NCBI GenBank assembly: GCA_051746405.1
Contig: JBNJFB010000029.1
Coordinates: 1-27,974 of the forward strand
Direction: 5' to 3'
Source: Campylobacterota bacterium
Lineage (GTDB): Bacteria > Campylobacterota > Campylobacteria > Campylobacterales > Arcobacteraceae
Length of the DNA stretch: 27,974 bases
Position numbers and translations under genes: made by a program. The stretch's first letter is position 1; each line of letters opens with the position of its first letter. A model generated the notes under the pieces. The model was not told the origin of the DNA. It was given only the letters and a program-made list of their open reading frames with translations, and did no database searches. This document shows positions 8,992 to 19,077 of the stretch, one piece after another.

Positions 8992-9873
8992 TTGAAAGAT
9001 TTATATCCATCAAGAGGAAGAGAAGAGCAGATTTTAAAAAGGTATTGTCCTTGCGTTTATAGTGATGAATCATATGGAAAAAATTCGTTAAGTAAAAAAG
9101 AGCTTAATGATTATGAGAAAAATGGTTTTATTGCATTACCAAATGTTTTTTCAAACCATGAAGTTAAACAGATGAAAGATGAACTTGAAAGACTTAAGTA
9201 TGATGAAGATTTAAGACAAAAAGAAGAGTTTATTACTGAACAAGATAGCAAAGAGCTTAGAACTGTTTTTAATCAACATCTATTTAGCAAGGTTTATGAA
9301 AAAGTTTCAAAAGATGATAGAATTTTAGATAAAGTTAAACAGCTATTGGGTGGAGATGTTTATATACATCACAGTAGAATAAATATAAAACCTGCATATA
9401 AGGGGAAATCTTTTCCGTGGCATAGTGATTTTGAAACATGGCATTGTGAAGATGGATTACCAAAATGTAGATGTTTAACTGCATGGGTCATGCTAACTGA
9501 TAATACAGAGTATAATGGTCCTTTATATGTTATTCCAGGAAGTCATAAAGAGTATGTTTCTTGTGAGGGTTATACTCCTGATGATAACTATAAAATGTCT
9601 TTAAAAAAACAAGAGTATGGGGTGCCAAGTATTGATGCAGTTAAGCATCTAACAAAAAATAGTGAAGTAAAAGGTGTTTATGGAAAGGCTGGAACTTTAG
9701 TAATACATGATGGTAATATACTACATGGAAGTCCAGATAATATATCACCATATGACAGAACAAACTCATTTTTTGTATTTAACTCTGTTGAAAATACTCC
9801 TTACAAGCCTTTTGGTGCAAAAACATCAAGAGCAGATTTTTTATGTTTAACAGATTTTGAACCATTGAAATAA
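8992..9873 (+). CDS. ectD: Ectoine hydroxylase (Fe(II)/2-oxoglutarate dioxygenase)
   Basis: EctD signature FPWHSDFETWHCEDGLP, DLYPSR N-terminus, third Fe ligand in NILHGS. TTG start with AAGGAG SD. Confidence 0.96.
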   Translation: MKDLYPSRGREEQILKRYCPCVYSDESYGKNSLSKKELNDYEKNGFIALPNVFSNHEVKQMKDELERLKYDEDLRQKEEFITEQDSKELRTVFNQHLFSKVYEKVSKDDRILDKVKQLLGGDVYIHHSRINIKPAYKGKSFPWHSDFETWHCEDGLPKCRCLTAWVMLTDNTEYNGPLYVIPGSHKEYVSCEGYTPDDNYKMSLKKQEYGVPSIDAVKHLTKNSEVKGVYGKAGTLVIHDGNILHGSPDNISPYDRTNSFFVFNSVENTPYKPFGAKTSRADFLCLTDFEPLK

Positions 9874-9958
9874 TTTGATATACTAATAAAGTTAAAAATA
9901 TTTTATTCTTCTATAAGTTAAAACTTAGAAGATAATCATAAAAGAGGAAATAATAAGT

Positions 9959-11326
9959 ATGAATGTAAAAGTTTGTAAGTTTGGTGGTAGTTCAGTAAGA
10001 GACTCCATGCAAATAAAAAAAGTGTTTAATATAGTTAAAAGTGATAAGCAAAGAAGAGTTATTGTTGTATCTGCTCCTGGTAGGGATGAAACACATGGCG
10101 AAAAAATAACTGATCATCTTTTAAACTTAGCAACAAATGGAAAACATTTTTGTGAACAAAAAATTGATATATCAACAGAACAGAGTCTAAACGCGATTCT
10201 TGAAAAGTTTGATAAACTTTGTGATGATTTAAATATAGATAAGAAAAAAGTTCTTGAAGATATTGAAAGAGATATTATAAACTGTAGTTTTGAAGGTGCA
10301 AAAAGAGAAGCTTTTTTCCTATCTAGAGGTGAACACTATAACGCTAAAATAATTGTTGATTACATGAAAAAGAATGGTTTAAATACAAAACTGATGCTTC
10401 CTGAAGAGTTTGGTTTTATTTTAAGCAAAGATTTTGTAGATGGAAAAGTACAAAAACAGACTTATGACAACATTAAAAAGAAGTTTACTTTTGAAAAAGA
10501 TATAGTATATTTAGTACCTGGTTTCTATGGTATTACAAAAGATAAAGAGATTGCAGTTATGAGTAGAGGTGGTTCAGACTTAACAGGTGGTGAGTTAGCT
10601 TATGCAATTGATGCAGATATTTATGAAAACTGGACTGACACAAATGGAGTTTATGAAGTTGATCCAAGAGTTATTCAAGATGCTGATGTTATTCCAAGAC
10701 TTACTTTTAAAGAGTTAAGACTTTTAAGCTCAAAAGGGTTTAATGTATTCCACTTTGATGCAATGTTAAATTGTAAAAAAAGTAAGATACCTATTAATAT
10801 TAGAAATACAAATAATCCAGAACATGAGGGAACTATAATTTTAAATGAGAGAGTTCCTATGGAGGATTTTGTTGGTATTGCAAAGCTTGACAATATGGCT
10901 TCTATCCACTTACAAAAAGATATGTTAGCTGATGAAATTGGATTCTCTGCTGAGTTACTTAAAATATTCTCAGAGTTTAATATAAATACTTATCACTATC
11001 CAACTGATAAGGATGATATTGCAATTTTTGTTGACCAAGAAGATTTAAAAGGTAATATTAATAATCTAAGACGAGAAGTTGAGAGAAGATTAAGAACAAA
11101 CAATATTTATGTGACTTATAATCTATCTGTAATTACTTTAGTTGGTATTGGACTAAAAGAGAATACTTTTGCTGTTGTTGATGCAATTACAGCACTTAAA
11201 GAGAGTAATATCTCAATAGATATGTTTGATATGAGTCCTTCTAAAGTTTCACTTCATATAGGCTTATCACAAAATATAGCAGATGCTGCTGTAGAGACTT
11301 TATATAAAAAACTTCTTTCATATTAG
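9959..11326 (+). CDS. ask: Aspartate kinase associated with the ect cluster
   Basis: KFGGSS, VVSAPG, SRGGSDLTG, YENWTD...DPR, NTNNP and C-terminal ACT-like regulatory region. Follows ectD. Confidence 0.93.
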   Translation: MNVKVCKFGGSSVRDSMQIKKVFNIVKSDKQRRVIVVSAPGRDETHGEKITDHLLNLATNGKHFCEQKIDISTEQSLNAILEKFDKLCDDLNIDKKKVLEDIERDIINCSFEGAKREAFFLSRGEHYNAKIIVDYMKKNGLNTKLMLPEEFGFILSKDFVDGKVQKQTYDNIKKKFTFEKDIVYLVPGFYGITKDKEIAVMSRGGSDLTGGELAYAIDADIYENWTDTNGVYEVDPRVIQDADVIPRLTFKELRLLSSKGFNVFHFDAMLNCKKSKIPINIRNTNNPEHEGTIILNERVPMEDFVGIAKLDNMASIHLQKDMLADEIGFSAELLKIFSEFNINTYHYPTDKDDIAIFVDQEDLKGNINNLRREVERRLRTNNIYVTYNLSVITLVGIGLKENTFAVVDAITALKESNISIDMFDMSPSKVSLHIGLSQNIADAAVETLYKKLLSY

Positions 11327-11332
11327 TATTTG

Positions 11333-11368
11333 ATAACTAAGTAGCCAAATTCTTTGGTTACTAGTTAT
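11333..11368 (+). terminator. Probable intrinsic terminator of the ect-ask operon
   Basis: ATAACTA-a-GTAGCCAAA-ttc-TTTGGTTAC-TAGTTAT hairpin (one G-U, one bulge), 6 nt after the ask stop, followed by GATTTT. Confidence 0.6.
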
Positions 11369-11464
11369 GATTTTACGCTACAAAACTTAAGCTTTTGATA
11401 TTTTATTTTCTAATTCAGAAGAGTTTTTACTTATTTTAATATAATAAATTAATAAAATAAAGAA

Positions 11465-12391
11465 GTGAAAATGAATATTGATGAACTAAAATTAACTATA
11501 ATTAATAATTTAAAATATAAATCAGAAGAGGTAATTCGTCTATTTCATGGTAGGGGAAACTTCTATAAAGCATATGAGTTTTTGACAGTTGATTCTATAA
11601 ATGAAGTATTACTTGTATGTCTTTATGAAAAAATACCTGATGGTTTACAAGATGAGCTTACTTTGTTATTTGAAGATATTTTTAAAACTTATGACTTTAA
11701 GTCTGTAATATTACAAAAAAAATATGAAAAATATGCAGATAAGTTTGAGGTTTTATTTGGTGAAAATATTCAAGAGTATGAAGCTATAGAAAATGGTTTA
11801 AAATATCATATAAACTTTAAGAATAGAAATATAGGGCTATTTCTTGATATGAAAAATGGTCGTGAATTTATCTCAAAAATATCTAAAAACTGTAATGTAT
11901 TAAATCTTTTTTCATACACCTGTTCTTTTTCTGTAGTTAGTTTAGCTAATAAAGCAAAAAGCGTTGTGAATGTTGATATGGCGAAAAATGCTTTAAACGT
12001 AGGAAGAAAGAATCATCATATAAATGGACTTGATACAAAAAATGTAAAATTTTTACCATATAATATACTAAAGTCATGGGGTAGAATTAAAAAATATGGT
12101 CCATATGATATAGTTATTATAGACCCACCTTCTTTTCAAAAAGGAAGTTTTGCAGCTACAAAAGATTATGAAAAAATTATTAAGAGACTTAAAGACTTAT
12201 GCAATAAAGATAGTTTAGTTTTAGCTTGTTTAAATGACCCAATGTTAGATGAGAGCTTTATAAAAGGGATTTTTAAAAACAATGCTAAAGATTTTACATA
12301 TGTAAAAAAACTATCAAATATAGATAGCTTTCCCTCTTTTGATGAGCAGAAAGCTTTAAAAAATTTAGTTTTTAGATATAATCCTTTTTAG
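11465..12391 (+). CDS. Class I SAM-dependent methyltransferase (RlmI/RlmK-like)
   Basis: RLFHGRG, GLFLDM, VLNLFSYTCSFS, VNVD, DIVIIDPPSF. True start may be ATG 11471. Confidence 0.85.
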   Translation: MKMNIDELKLTIINNLKYKSEEVIRLFHGRGNFYKAYEFLTVDSINEVLLVCLYEKIPDGLQDELTLLFEDIFKTYDFKSVILQKKYEKYADKFEVLFGENIQEYEAIENGLKYHINFKNRNIGLFLDMKNGREFISKISKNCNVLNLFSYTCSFSVVSLANKAKSVVNVDMAKNALNVGRKNHHINGLDTKNVKFLPYNILKSWGRIKKYGPYDIVIIDPPSFQKGSFAATKDYEKIIKRLKDLCNKDSLVLACLNDPMLDESFIKGIFKNNAKDFTYVKKLSNIDSFPSFDEQKALKNLVFRYNPF

Positions 12392-13547
12392 AGTTTTGTA
12401 ATACTCTTCTTGATATAACAGGTCCAATAAGCTCAAAGAATACAGTTGTTCCTATGATTATTGGAAGGATAGTATCATTAAATTCAGGATATTTCTGTCC
12501 TGCTACTAGTGCAAGACCAATTGCTACTCCTGCTTGAGGAAAAAGAGTTTTACCAATATTTTTTTTACTAAACTCATCCCAACCACTTAATTTTGAGCCA
12601 AGTGCTGCTCCTAAGTATATTCCTAAGGTTCTTGCAATAATATAGATAATACCTATGAATCCAACTTCTACAATTGCATCTAAATGAAGTGAGGCCCCAG
12701 CTAAAAGGAAGAATATAATCATAAAGGGCCACTCAAGACCTTCAATAGCAGTAAAAGGTCTTTTGTGATGATGAGCAAAGTTTGCAACAAATGCACCTAA
12801 AATCATAGTAGTTAAAATAGGGGACAATTCAAAATATTTTGCAATAGAAACAGCTAAAAATACAGAGCCTAATGCTTCTGCTTGTGTTGGCTCTCCTTTT
12901 TGAATTCTTCCTGTTAACCAAGTAACTAATAGCCCAAATACAGCACCTAACATAATACTTCCAAAAAGTTCAATAACTCCTGTTTTAGTATGTTCTATCC
13001 ATGCACCTTCTTTAACAAATGTCCCAACAACAGCCATAGAAAATATAAATACAATAAGACCCCAAACATCATCAATAGCTACAATATTTAAAACTCTTTG
13101 ACTAAACTTATTGGAAACCTTTATCTCTTTAATAACATCATAAATAGCTGCAGGAGCTGAAGGTGAAGCAATTGCTGCGACAATTAATGCTATAGGAAAC
13201 TCTATTCCAGCTAGTGATAATAGAATAAATACAATTATATAGGTGGTTAAAACTTTTGATAAAGATGTAAATACAACTCCTTTACCTATTTGTTTAAACT
13301 TTTTTGCTGTTAGGTTTTGACCTAAAAGAAACCCTATCATCCCAAGAGCAATATCAGTAATAATACTAAACCAACGATCTACAAAAAAGTTTGGTAATAG
13401 ATCAAGGGCAAATGGTCCAATTAACACTCCACATATAAGCAAAATAGTAACTCTTGGTAAAATAGTGAATCGTCCAACAATATCTGCAATTAATCCAAGG
13501 ATAAAAAGTGAACCTAAAACAAATATAACTATATTTTCTTCTGTCAT
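12372..13547 (-). CDS. Cation:proton antiporter (CPA family)
   Basis: Multi-TM protein with LPRVT..GVLIGP, SAPAA, VAIDDVWG, FFLLAGASL, PQAGVAIGLAL, FELIGP motifs. Confidence 0.88.
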   Translation of the reverse strand: MTEENIVIFVLGSLFILGLIADIVGRFTILPRVTILLICGVLIGPFALDLLPNFFVDRWFSIITDIALGMIGFLLGQNLTAKKFKQIGKGVVFTSLSKVLTTYIIVFILLSLAGIEFPIALIVAAIASPSAPAAIYDVIKEIKVSNKFSQRVLNIVAIDDVWGLIVFIFSMAVVGTFVKEGAWIEHTKTGVIELFGSIMLGAVFGLLVTWLTGRIQKGEPTQAEALGSVFLAVSIAKYFELSPILTTMILGAFVANFAHHHKRPFTAIEGLEWPFMIIFFLLAGASLHLDAIVEVGFIGIIYIIARTLGIYLGAALGSKLSGWDEFSKKNIGKTLFPQAGVAIGLALVAGQKYPEFNDTILPIIIGTTVFFELIGPVISRRVLQNSKKDYI

Positions 13548-13574
13548 TGAGTCTCCTAAAGTAATTTTAAATGC

Positions 13575-16133
13575 TTATTTTAAAGATAAAAAGTTTTCTG
13601 ATGGTTTTCCTATATGGTAACCTTGACAATAAGTAATATCTAAATCCTTTAGTGTATCTTGAATTTCTTGGCTTTCAACAAACTCTGCAATAGTCTGTAC
13701 ATTTAACTCCTTAGCTAGGGTTGATATACTATTTACAAATGCTTTATCTTTCTTGTCTTTATTTAAGCTTAAAATAAAGTCTCCATCAATTTTTAAATAA
13801 TCAATAGGAAACTTCTTTATGTAGTGAAATGATGAGAAGCCAGAACCGAAATCATCAATTGCAAATTTAAAGCCTTCTGCTTTTAGGTTTTTAACAAAAG
13901 CTTCAAGCAACGAGAAGTTTTTTACTGTTTCTCTCTCTGTTATTTCAAATACAATAATATTTTTGTCAATTTCATACTTATCAACTAAATCACTTACTTT
14001 ATTGATAAAATCTCCTACAATAAGAGTTTTTGGAGATAGATTAATAAATAAAGCACCTTTATAACAGGTCTCTTTTATTTTTTTGAATGCTTTTTCAATA
14101 ACCATAAGGTCCATTTTATTTATTAAACCTCTAGATTCAGCCATTTCTATAAACTCATTTGCGGAAATTACTTTATTATCATGTTTTATTCTCATTAGTA
14201 GTTCATGGATTATAACTTCATCTGAGCTCTCATTTGTTGGTCTTATTGGTTGAAAATATGGGTAAATCTCATCATTTTCTATTGCACTTATTAATAGTGC
14301 AGATTTCTTTTGATTCTGCTTTAAAATAAAGGTAATATCTTCAGGTGATGGAATTTTAATTGAGTTTTTACCTTCATCTTTTGCTTCATACATCATATGG
14401 TCTGCTATTATAAACATTTCAGTTTGACATAAAGAGTGAGTAGGGTAAACACAAATACCAATAGATATAGTAATACCAACATTTGTATTATCAGGTGCAA
14501 GAAGTTTTTTGTTTGCAACGGCATTTGATATTCTATTTGCAACTGTTTTAGCACCATTTATATCACACTCAGGTAGAATCATTGTAAACTCATCTCCACC
14601 ATATCTAGCTACAATATCTTCATCTCTTTTCTCATTTTCTAAAATATCTGCAATAGTTTGAAGAAATTTATCTCCAAATGTATGTCCAAAATTGTCATTG
14701 ATAGGTTTAAAGTTATCACAATCTATGACCATTAATGCAAATGGATATTTGTGATTTTTAGCTCTTTTTACTTCATAGCTCATCATATCATTGAAAACTC
14801 TTTGGTTAAAAAGGTCTGTTAATGGATCTCTTGCTGCATAATACTCTAAGTCTTGTGTATATTTATGAATAGCTTTTACAGAACCAACTAGGTTAGCCAT
14901 AGTTGTTAGTATAGAATCAATTACTATATATCTTACAGGGTCATTTGCTAATTTTGATTGTAATCCAATACCAACAATTCCACCAATTTTTGGAGTATCT
15001 AAGAAGAGTGATTTTGACCTATACTCAACATCCTCTTTTTTTAAGTTATCGAGTTTTAAACCTCTATTTGCAATAACATGTTTTATTTTAAAATCACTCA
15101 TTCCCTCAAAGTAGTCTGAGCTTTTAATCAAGTTATTTATATGCTCTTCAAAAAACTCTTTTATTTTATCTTTTGGAGTTCCAAGCCAGAAAATATCAAC
15201 TTCAAACTGATCATCTCCTACTCTAAACATAGTCATTAAAGTATATGTATCCATTATTTTGTTTATTTCAAGTAGTAGGTCACTTATGTACTCTCTCCAA
15301 TCTTTTACAACATCAGAGGTTATTATAAACTTATCTAAAAGTCTTATTTCAAACTCTAAAAGCTCTTTATCAACTGCCACATCTTTTAATTGATTTGCCA
15401 TTGAGTCTACATTTTTAATTATTTCATTAAACTCTTTAAAGTGTAAATCTATATCTTTTGAATTAAACTGTTTAAAATCACTTACAGAGTTTATTTTTTT
15501 AACTCTATCTTGAAATAAATCTAAACTTTTGGTCACTTTTCTTGTGGTATATCTAGATGAGATAAAAGCTACTATTATAAATAAAGGAATAATTATCAAA
15601 AAGAATGTTATGTATTGTAGTTTTGATTGATAAAATATATCACTTAAATCCTGTTTTACTTCCACAGCACCTAGTACATCACCTTGCTTAACATTTGAGT
15701 GACACTTCATACATTCAGATGAAGCTTCAAGTGGTAGAATATTTCTAACCATATTATCTTCAAAAAATTTTGTTTTTGTATCTTCATTTTTTAAGATTTT
15801 TTCTATTGTTGAGTCTTTTTTTCTCTCTGGAATTTTTCCAAACATCTCCTCTACAGGTTTTGACCTATAAATATTTATTTTATAATCACTATTCTCAAAA
15901 TTTTTCTCAAGGGATTTTGAAAATAGTTCTAAATCCTCTTTACTCCAACCTTTTCTCATTATTTGATACATGGATGAGAATACTTGGTTTGAAATTGTTG
16001 TTGAATGTTTTATCGCTTCATCTTTAGTAAGTGTTGAGTGAAGATATGTACTAAAAATAAAGCAGATTACAAAGATAATGGAAACTAGTATTATTTTGCT
16101 TGAGAATATATAGTTTTTGAAACTTTTTTGCAT
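13575..16133 (-). CDS. Membrane GGDEF-EAL protein with periplasmic CxxCH heme-c sensor
   Basis: CMKCH (15699-15713) between two TM helices. DPLTDLFN, RDED I-site, GGDEF. EAL domain with ELLMR, FEITE, DDFGSGFSS, KIDG, AEFVE, QGY. Confidence 0.9.
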   Translation of the reverse strand: MQKSFKNYIFSSKIILVSIIFVICFIFSTYLHSTLTKDEAIKHSTTISNQVFSSMYQIMRKGWSKEDLELFSKSLEKNFENSDYKINIYRSKPVEEMFGKIPERKKDSTIEKILKNEDTKTKFFEDNMVRNILPLEASSECMKCHSNVKQGDVLGAVEVKQDLSDIFYQSKLQYITFFLIIIPLFIIVAFISSRYTTRKVTKSLDLFQDRVKKINSVSDFKQFNSKDIDLHFKEFNEIIKNVDSMANQLKDVAVDKELLEFEIRLLDKFIITSDVVKDWREYISDLLLEINKIMDTYTLMTMFRVGDDQFEVDIFWLGTPKDKIKEFFEEHINNLIKSSDYFEGMSDFKIKHVIANRGLKLDNLKKEDVEYRSKSLFLDTPKIGGIVGIGLQSKLANDPVRYIVIDSILTTMANLVGSVKAIHKYTQDLEYYAARDPLTDLFNQRVFNDMMSYEVKRAKNHKYPFALMVIDCDNFKPINDNFGHTFGDKFLQTIADILENEKRDEDIVARYGGDEFTMILPECDINGAKTVANRISNAVANKKLLAPDNTNVGITISIGICVYPTHSLCQTEMFIIADHMMYEAKDEGKNSIKIPSPEDITFILKQNQKKSALLISAIENDEIYPYFQPIRPTNESSDEVIIHELLMRIKHDNKVISANEFIEMAESRGLINKMDLMVIEKAFKKIKETCYKGALFINLSPKTLIVGDFINKVSDLVDKYEIDKNIIVFEITERETVKNFSLLEAFVKNLKAEGFKFAIDDFGSGFSSFHYIKKFPIDYLKIDGDFILSLNKDKKDKAFVNSISTLAKELNVQTIAEFVESQEIQDTLKDLDITYCQGYHIGKPSENFLSLK

Positions 16134-16219
16134 TTTAAACCTTAACAGTAGAGTTTTTTTTAGCTAACCTATCAAAATAACATTTTTGTGTTTAAAGCTG
16201 GTTAAAATACTTAAGAAAT

Positions 16220-16909
16220 CTATAAGTCTCTTATATCAATAAAATCACCTGAATTAAAGTTATCTACTTTTTGTATAAAATCAAAAATATTATTAGCAGC
16301 TTGTGTTGCTGTTTGAATTTTGCCTTCTTTTAATCTCTTTGCAGATGGAAATTTTTCATCATCTATATCAAATCTTATGTAGTCTGTCATAGGTGTTTCT
16401 ATAACTCCAGGGGCTAATGCTATCAATTTTGTTTGAAGTAGCTCTTTTGAGTATAAGTTTATAAGCATATTTAAACCTGCTTTTGATAAAGAGTATGAAG
16501 CCCAACCTTTTGAACCATTTTTTGAAGCACCTGATGATATTGCTATGATATTATCAACTTTTATATTGTATAGTATGTCTAATATCTCTTTATTTGCATA
16601 AACATTTAACTCATAAACATCATTTAACTCTTTTGTTGATACATCCACTGATGGTTTGATAGTTCCTAGTTTTCCAGCATTTAAAAAAACTATTTCAAAC
16701 TCTTCTGCTGTGATTATAAACTGAGTTAAACCATCTTTTATAGCTTCAATATTTGATAAATCAAATAGCTCAAAATAGAAGTTCTCATGCTGTATTTGCG
16801 GTTTTGTCCTACTTATTCCATAAACATTGTAACCCATTTGAAGGTAAAGCTTGCTCAAAGCTAGCCCTAATCCAGAACTACAACCTGTTATTAGTACATT
16901 TTTAGCCAT
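16220..16909 (-). CDS. Short-chain dehydrogenase/reductase (sepiapterin/benzil reductase-like)
   Basis: TGCSSGLG, NAG, ISSGA, YSLSK (YxxxK), APGVIETPM. Confidence 0.88.
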   Translation of the reverse strand: MAKNVLITGCSSGLGLALSKLYLQMGYNVYGISRTKPQIQHENFYFELFDLSNIEAIKDGLTQFIITAEEFEIVFLNAGKLGTIKPSVDVSTKELNDVYELNVYANKEILDILYNIKVDNIIAISSGASKNGSKGWASYSLSKAGLNMLINLYSKELLQTKLIALAPGVIETPMTDYIRFDIDDEKFPSAKRLKEGKIQTATQAANNIFDFIQKVDNFNSGDFIDIRDL

Positions 16910-16918
16910 ATTTAACTC

Positions 16919-18937
16919 CTATTTAATCTTTTCTTCTATTTCTAAACTAGCAGGTTTGCCAAAGTAGTACCCTTGGGAGTAATCAACTCCTAAATCATTT
17001 AAAATATTGAAAATCTCTTCATTCTCCACATACTCAGCAACTGTTACGATATTTTGTTTTTTAGCAAAGTTTACAATTGTCTCAACTATATTTCTACTAT
17101 ACTCATCATGAACAATATTTTTAACTAAAGAGCCATCAATTTTTAGTATATCAGGTTCAAAGTTTAATAATCTTTCAAAGTTTGAATATCCAGAACCAAA
17201 ATCATCTATGGCAATTTGAACACCCATTCTTTTTACTTTTTTAATAAAGAGTTTTATTAAGTTAAAATCTTTTACATTCTCATCTTCTAAAAGTTCAAAG
17301 ATTATTCTATTTGAGTGTTGTTTATGCTCATTTAGAAGTTCAAATAACTTTTTTCTAGTATCCTCTTTTTCAATATCTAAAGAGGATAGGTTTATAGATA
17401 ATTTTGTTGATATGGTATCTAGTATCTTAAAAGAGTTTTCTAAAACTCTATGGGTAATTTTTGTATAATAACTTCCTTTTTTAGAAATATCAAGAAAAAT
17501 AAATGGTGATAAAACTTTATTGTCTTCATCAACTAATCTAACTAATGATTCATATTTTTCAATCTCTTTTGTTTTATTATTAATAATTGGTTGAAAGTAT
17601 GAGATTATCTTATAACTATCTAATGCAATTTTTACCATTTTCATAACTTCAATATTTTTTTTAGCTTCCACGTGCTCTTTTATTGAGGAGTCATTTGAGT
17701 ATTTTATTAGTTTTTTCTCTTTAGATGCATTCTCTAATCCACATTTTGCATCTTCAAAGAGATGCTCTTTGCCAAAAGAGTAACTAAGTACTATATCAAA
17801 ATCATACTCAATATCATTTACAACAAAGGTAGAGTTTTTGATATTATCCATAAACTCTTCTAAATAAATAGATAAATCCTGTTCATATTTAGAGTAAGCA
17901 AAAAAGTCAGTTAATAAAGCAAATCTACCATTTCCAATATTATACACATTTTCAAACACATAACTAGTAGGTAGATTAGTTAAAATGTTGTAGCCAAAAG
18001 ATTTTTCAATTTTTGTAATTGTCTCTATATTATAAAACTTATCTAAAACATCAAACTCTTCAATCTCTATTAGAATTAAGATAGATAAATTACTAGCATC
18101 AATTTTATCAATAAGTTGTTTTTTATCACTCATAATAGTATTTACATTACTTCTAGCACTTATAAACTCTATTATCTCTCCTGAGTCATCAAGTATGGGT
18201 TCAATAGTAGTTTTTACATAGTAAGTTTTACCATCTTTTGTTAAATTTTTTATTATACCTGTCCATTTTTCTTTTCTTTGTAAAATTGTTTTCCATATTT
18301 TTTTAAAAAGCTCTTTGGGATTATCGGGATGTCTTATAATATTATGATTTCTACCTATTAACTCTTCTTGTGTATAGCCTGTTATCTTACAAAAGTTTTC
18401 ATTTACATAAGTTATTACACCACTTTTATTTGTTTTTGAAATTATTGTACTTTTATTAACAATATCTTGATACTGCATTAGTACATCTAAATCTTTTTTT
18501 ATTTTTTTATGCTCAAGAGTTAGTTTAGTTTTTGAAATAGATCTTTTAATTATGTCTAAAAACTCTTTTTCTTCGCAAGTTTGTGTGACAAAACCATCAA
18601 CACCTAAATTTATACTTTTGATAAACTCTTCGCTTTTTTGTTCTTCTGAGTAAATAATAGTTATTAGGTTTTCATTATGACTTCTTGCTTTTTCTATTAA
18701 ATCAAAACCATCAATTCCATCAATATCTGGATATGTTATCAAAATAGGAATTTTTTGTTTATATACTATTTCTAATGCTTCAAGTCCATCTTTAAAAAAA
18801 ATTACTTCTTCAAAAAAACTTTTAATAAACCAAGAGAACTTAGTATCTTGAACTTCTTTGGATACAAATACTACGGTTAGTTGTTTGGCTTTTTGTAATA
18901 AATTGTCTTTTTCATTATTTTTCATATTGATTCCCAA
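16919..18937 (-). CDS. Pseudo-REC-PAS-degenerate GGDEF-EAL phosphodiesterase
   Basis: Receiver-like N-terminus without the Asp. PAS (ITYVNENFCKITGYTQEELIG). GGDEF replaced by GNGRF. EAL with ESLVR, DDFGSGYS, KIDG, AEYVE, QGY. Start may be the ATG of MKNNEK. Confidence 0.87.
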   Translation of the reverse strand: MGINMKNNEKDNLLQKAKQLTVVFVSKEVQDTKFSWFIKSFFEEVIFFKDGLEALEIVYKQKIPILITYPDIDGIDGFDLIEKARSHNENLITIIYSEEQKSEEFIKSINLGVDGFVTQTCEEKEFLDIIKRSISKTKLTLEHKKIKKDLDVLMQYQDIVNKSTIISKTNKSGVITYVNENFCKITGYTQEELIGRNHNIIRHPDNPKELFKKIWKTILQRKEKWTGIIKNLTKDGKTYYVKTTIEPILDDSGEIIEFISARSNVNTIMSDKKQLIDKIDASNLSILILIEIEEFDVLDKFYNIETITKIEKSFGYNILTNLPTSYVFENVYNIGNGRFALLTDFFAYSKYEQDLSIYLEEFMDNIKNSTFVVNDIEYDFDIVLSYSFGKEHLFEDAKCGLENASKEKKLIKYSNDSSIKEHVEAKKNIEVMKMVKIALDSYKIISYFQPIINNKTKEIEKYESLVRLVDEDNKVLSPFIFLDISKKGSYYTKITHRVLENSFKILDTISTKLSINLSSLDIEKEDTRKKLFELLNEHKQHSNRIIFELLEDENVKDFNLIKLFIKKVKRMGVQIAIDDFGSGYSNFERLLNFEPDILKIDGSLVKNIVHDEYSRNIVETIVNFAKKQNIVTVAEYVENEEIFNILNDLGVDYSQGYYFGKPASLEIEEKIK

Positions 18938-19077
18938 CTTTCATAAATAATATTTATATCATAAAGTAAAGAATAATCAAATTAAACAGAGTGATTTTAT
19001 CAAATATTTATAATTAACTTTGATTTGGGTATAATAATAGTAACACTAGAAAGGAAATGCTAAAAGCTACTTAAAAA

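Noticed and set aside
94..10893. Short antisense ORFs (94-276, 2557-2814, 2842-3171, 5214-5423, 7022-7279, 8102-8308, 8648-8899, 10675-10893)
   Set aside because: They lie opposite well-supported genes and have no recognisable motifs. Typical shadow ORFs.
12372..12391. 20-nt 3' overlap of convergent methyltransferase and antiporter genes
   Set aside because: Common in compact AT-rich genomes. No sign of function.
19057..19074. Mini-ORF MLKAT* in frame upstream of the 380-aa gene
   Set aside because: The SD is too close to the ATG and the ORF is too short to support. It only indicates start-site uncertainty.
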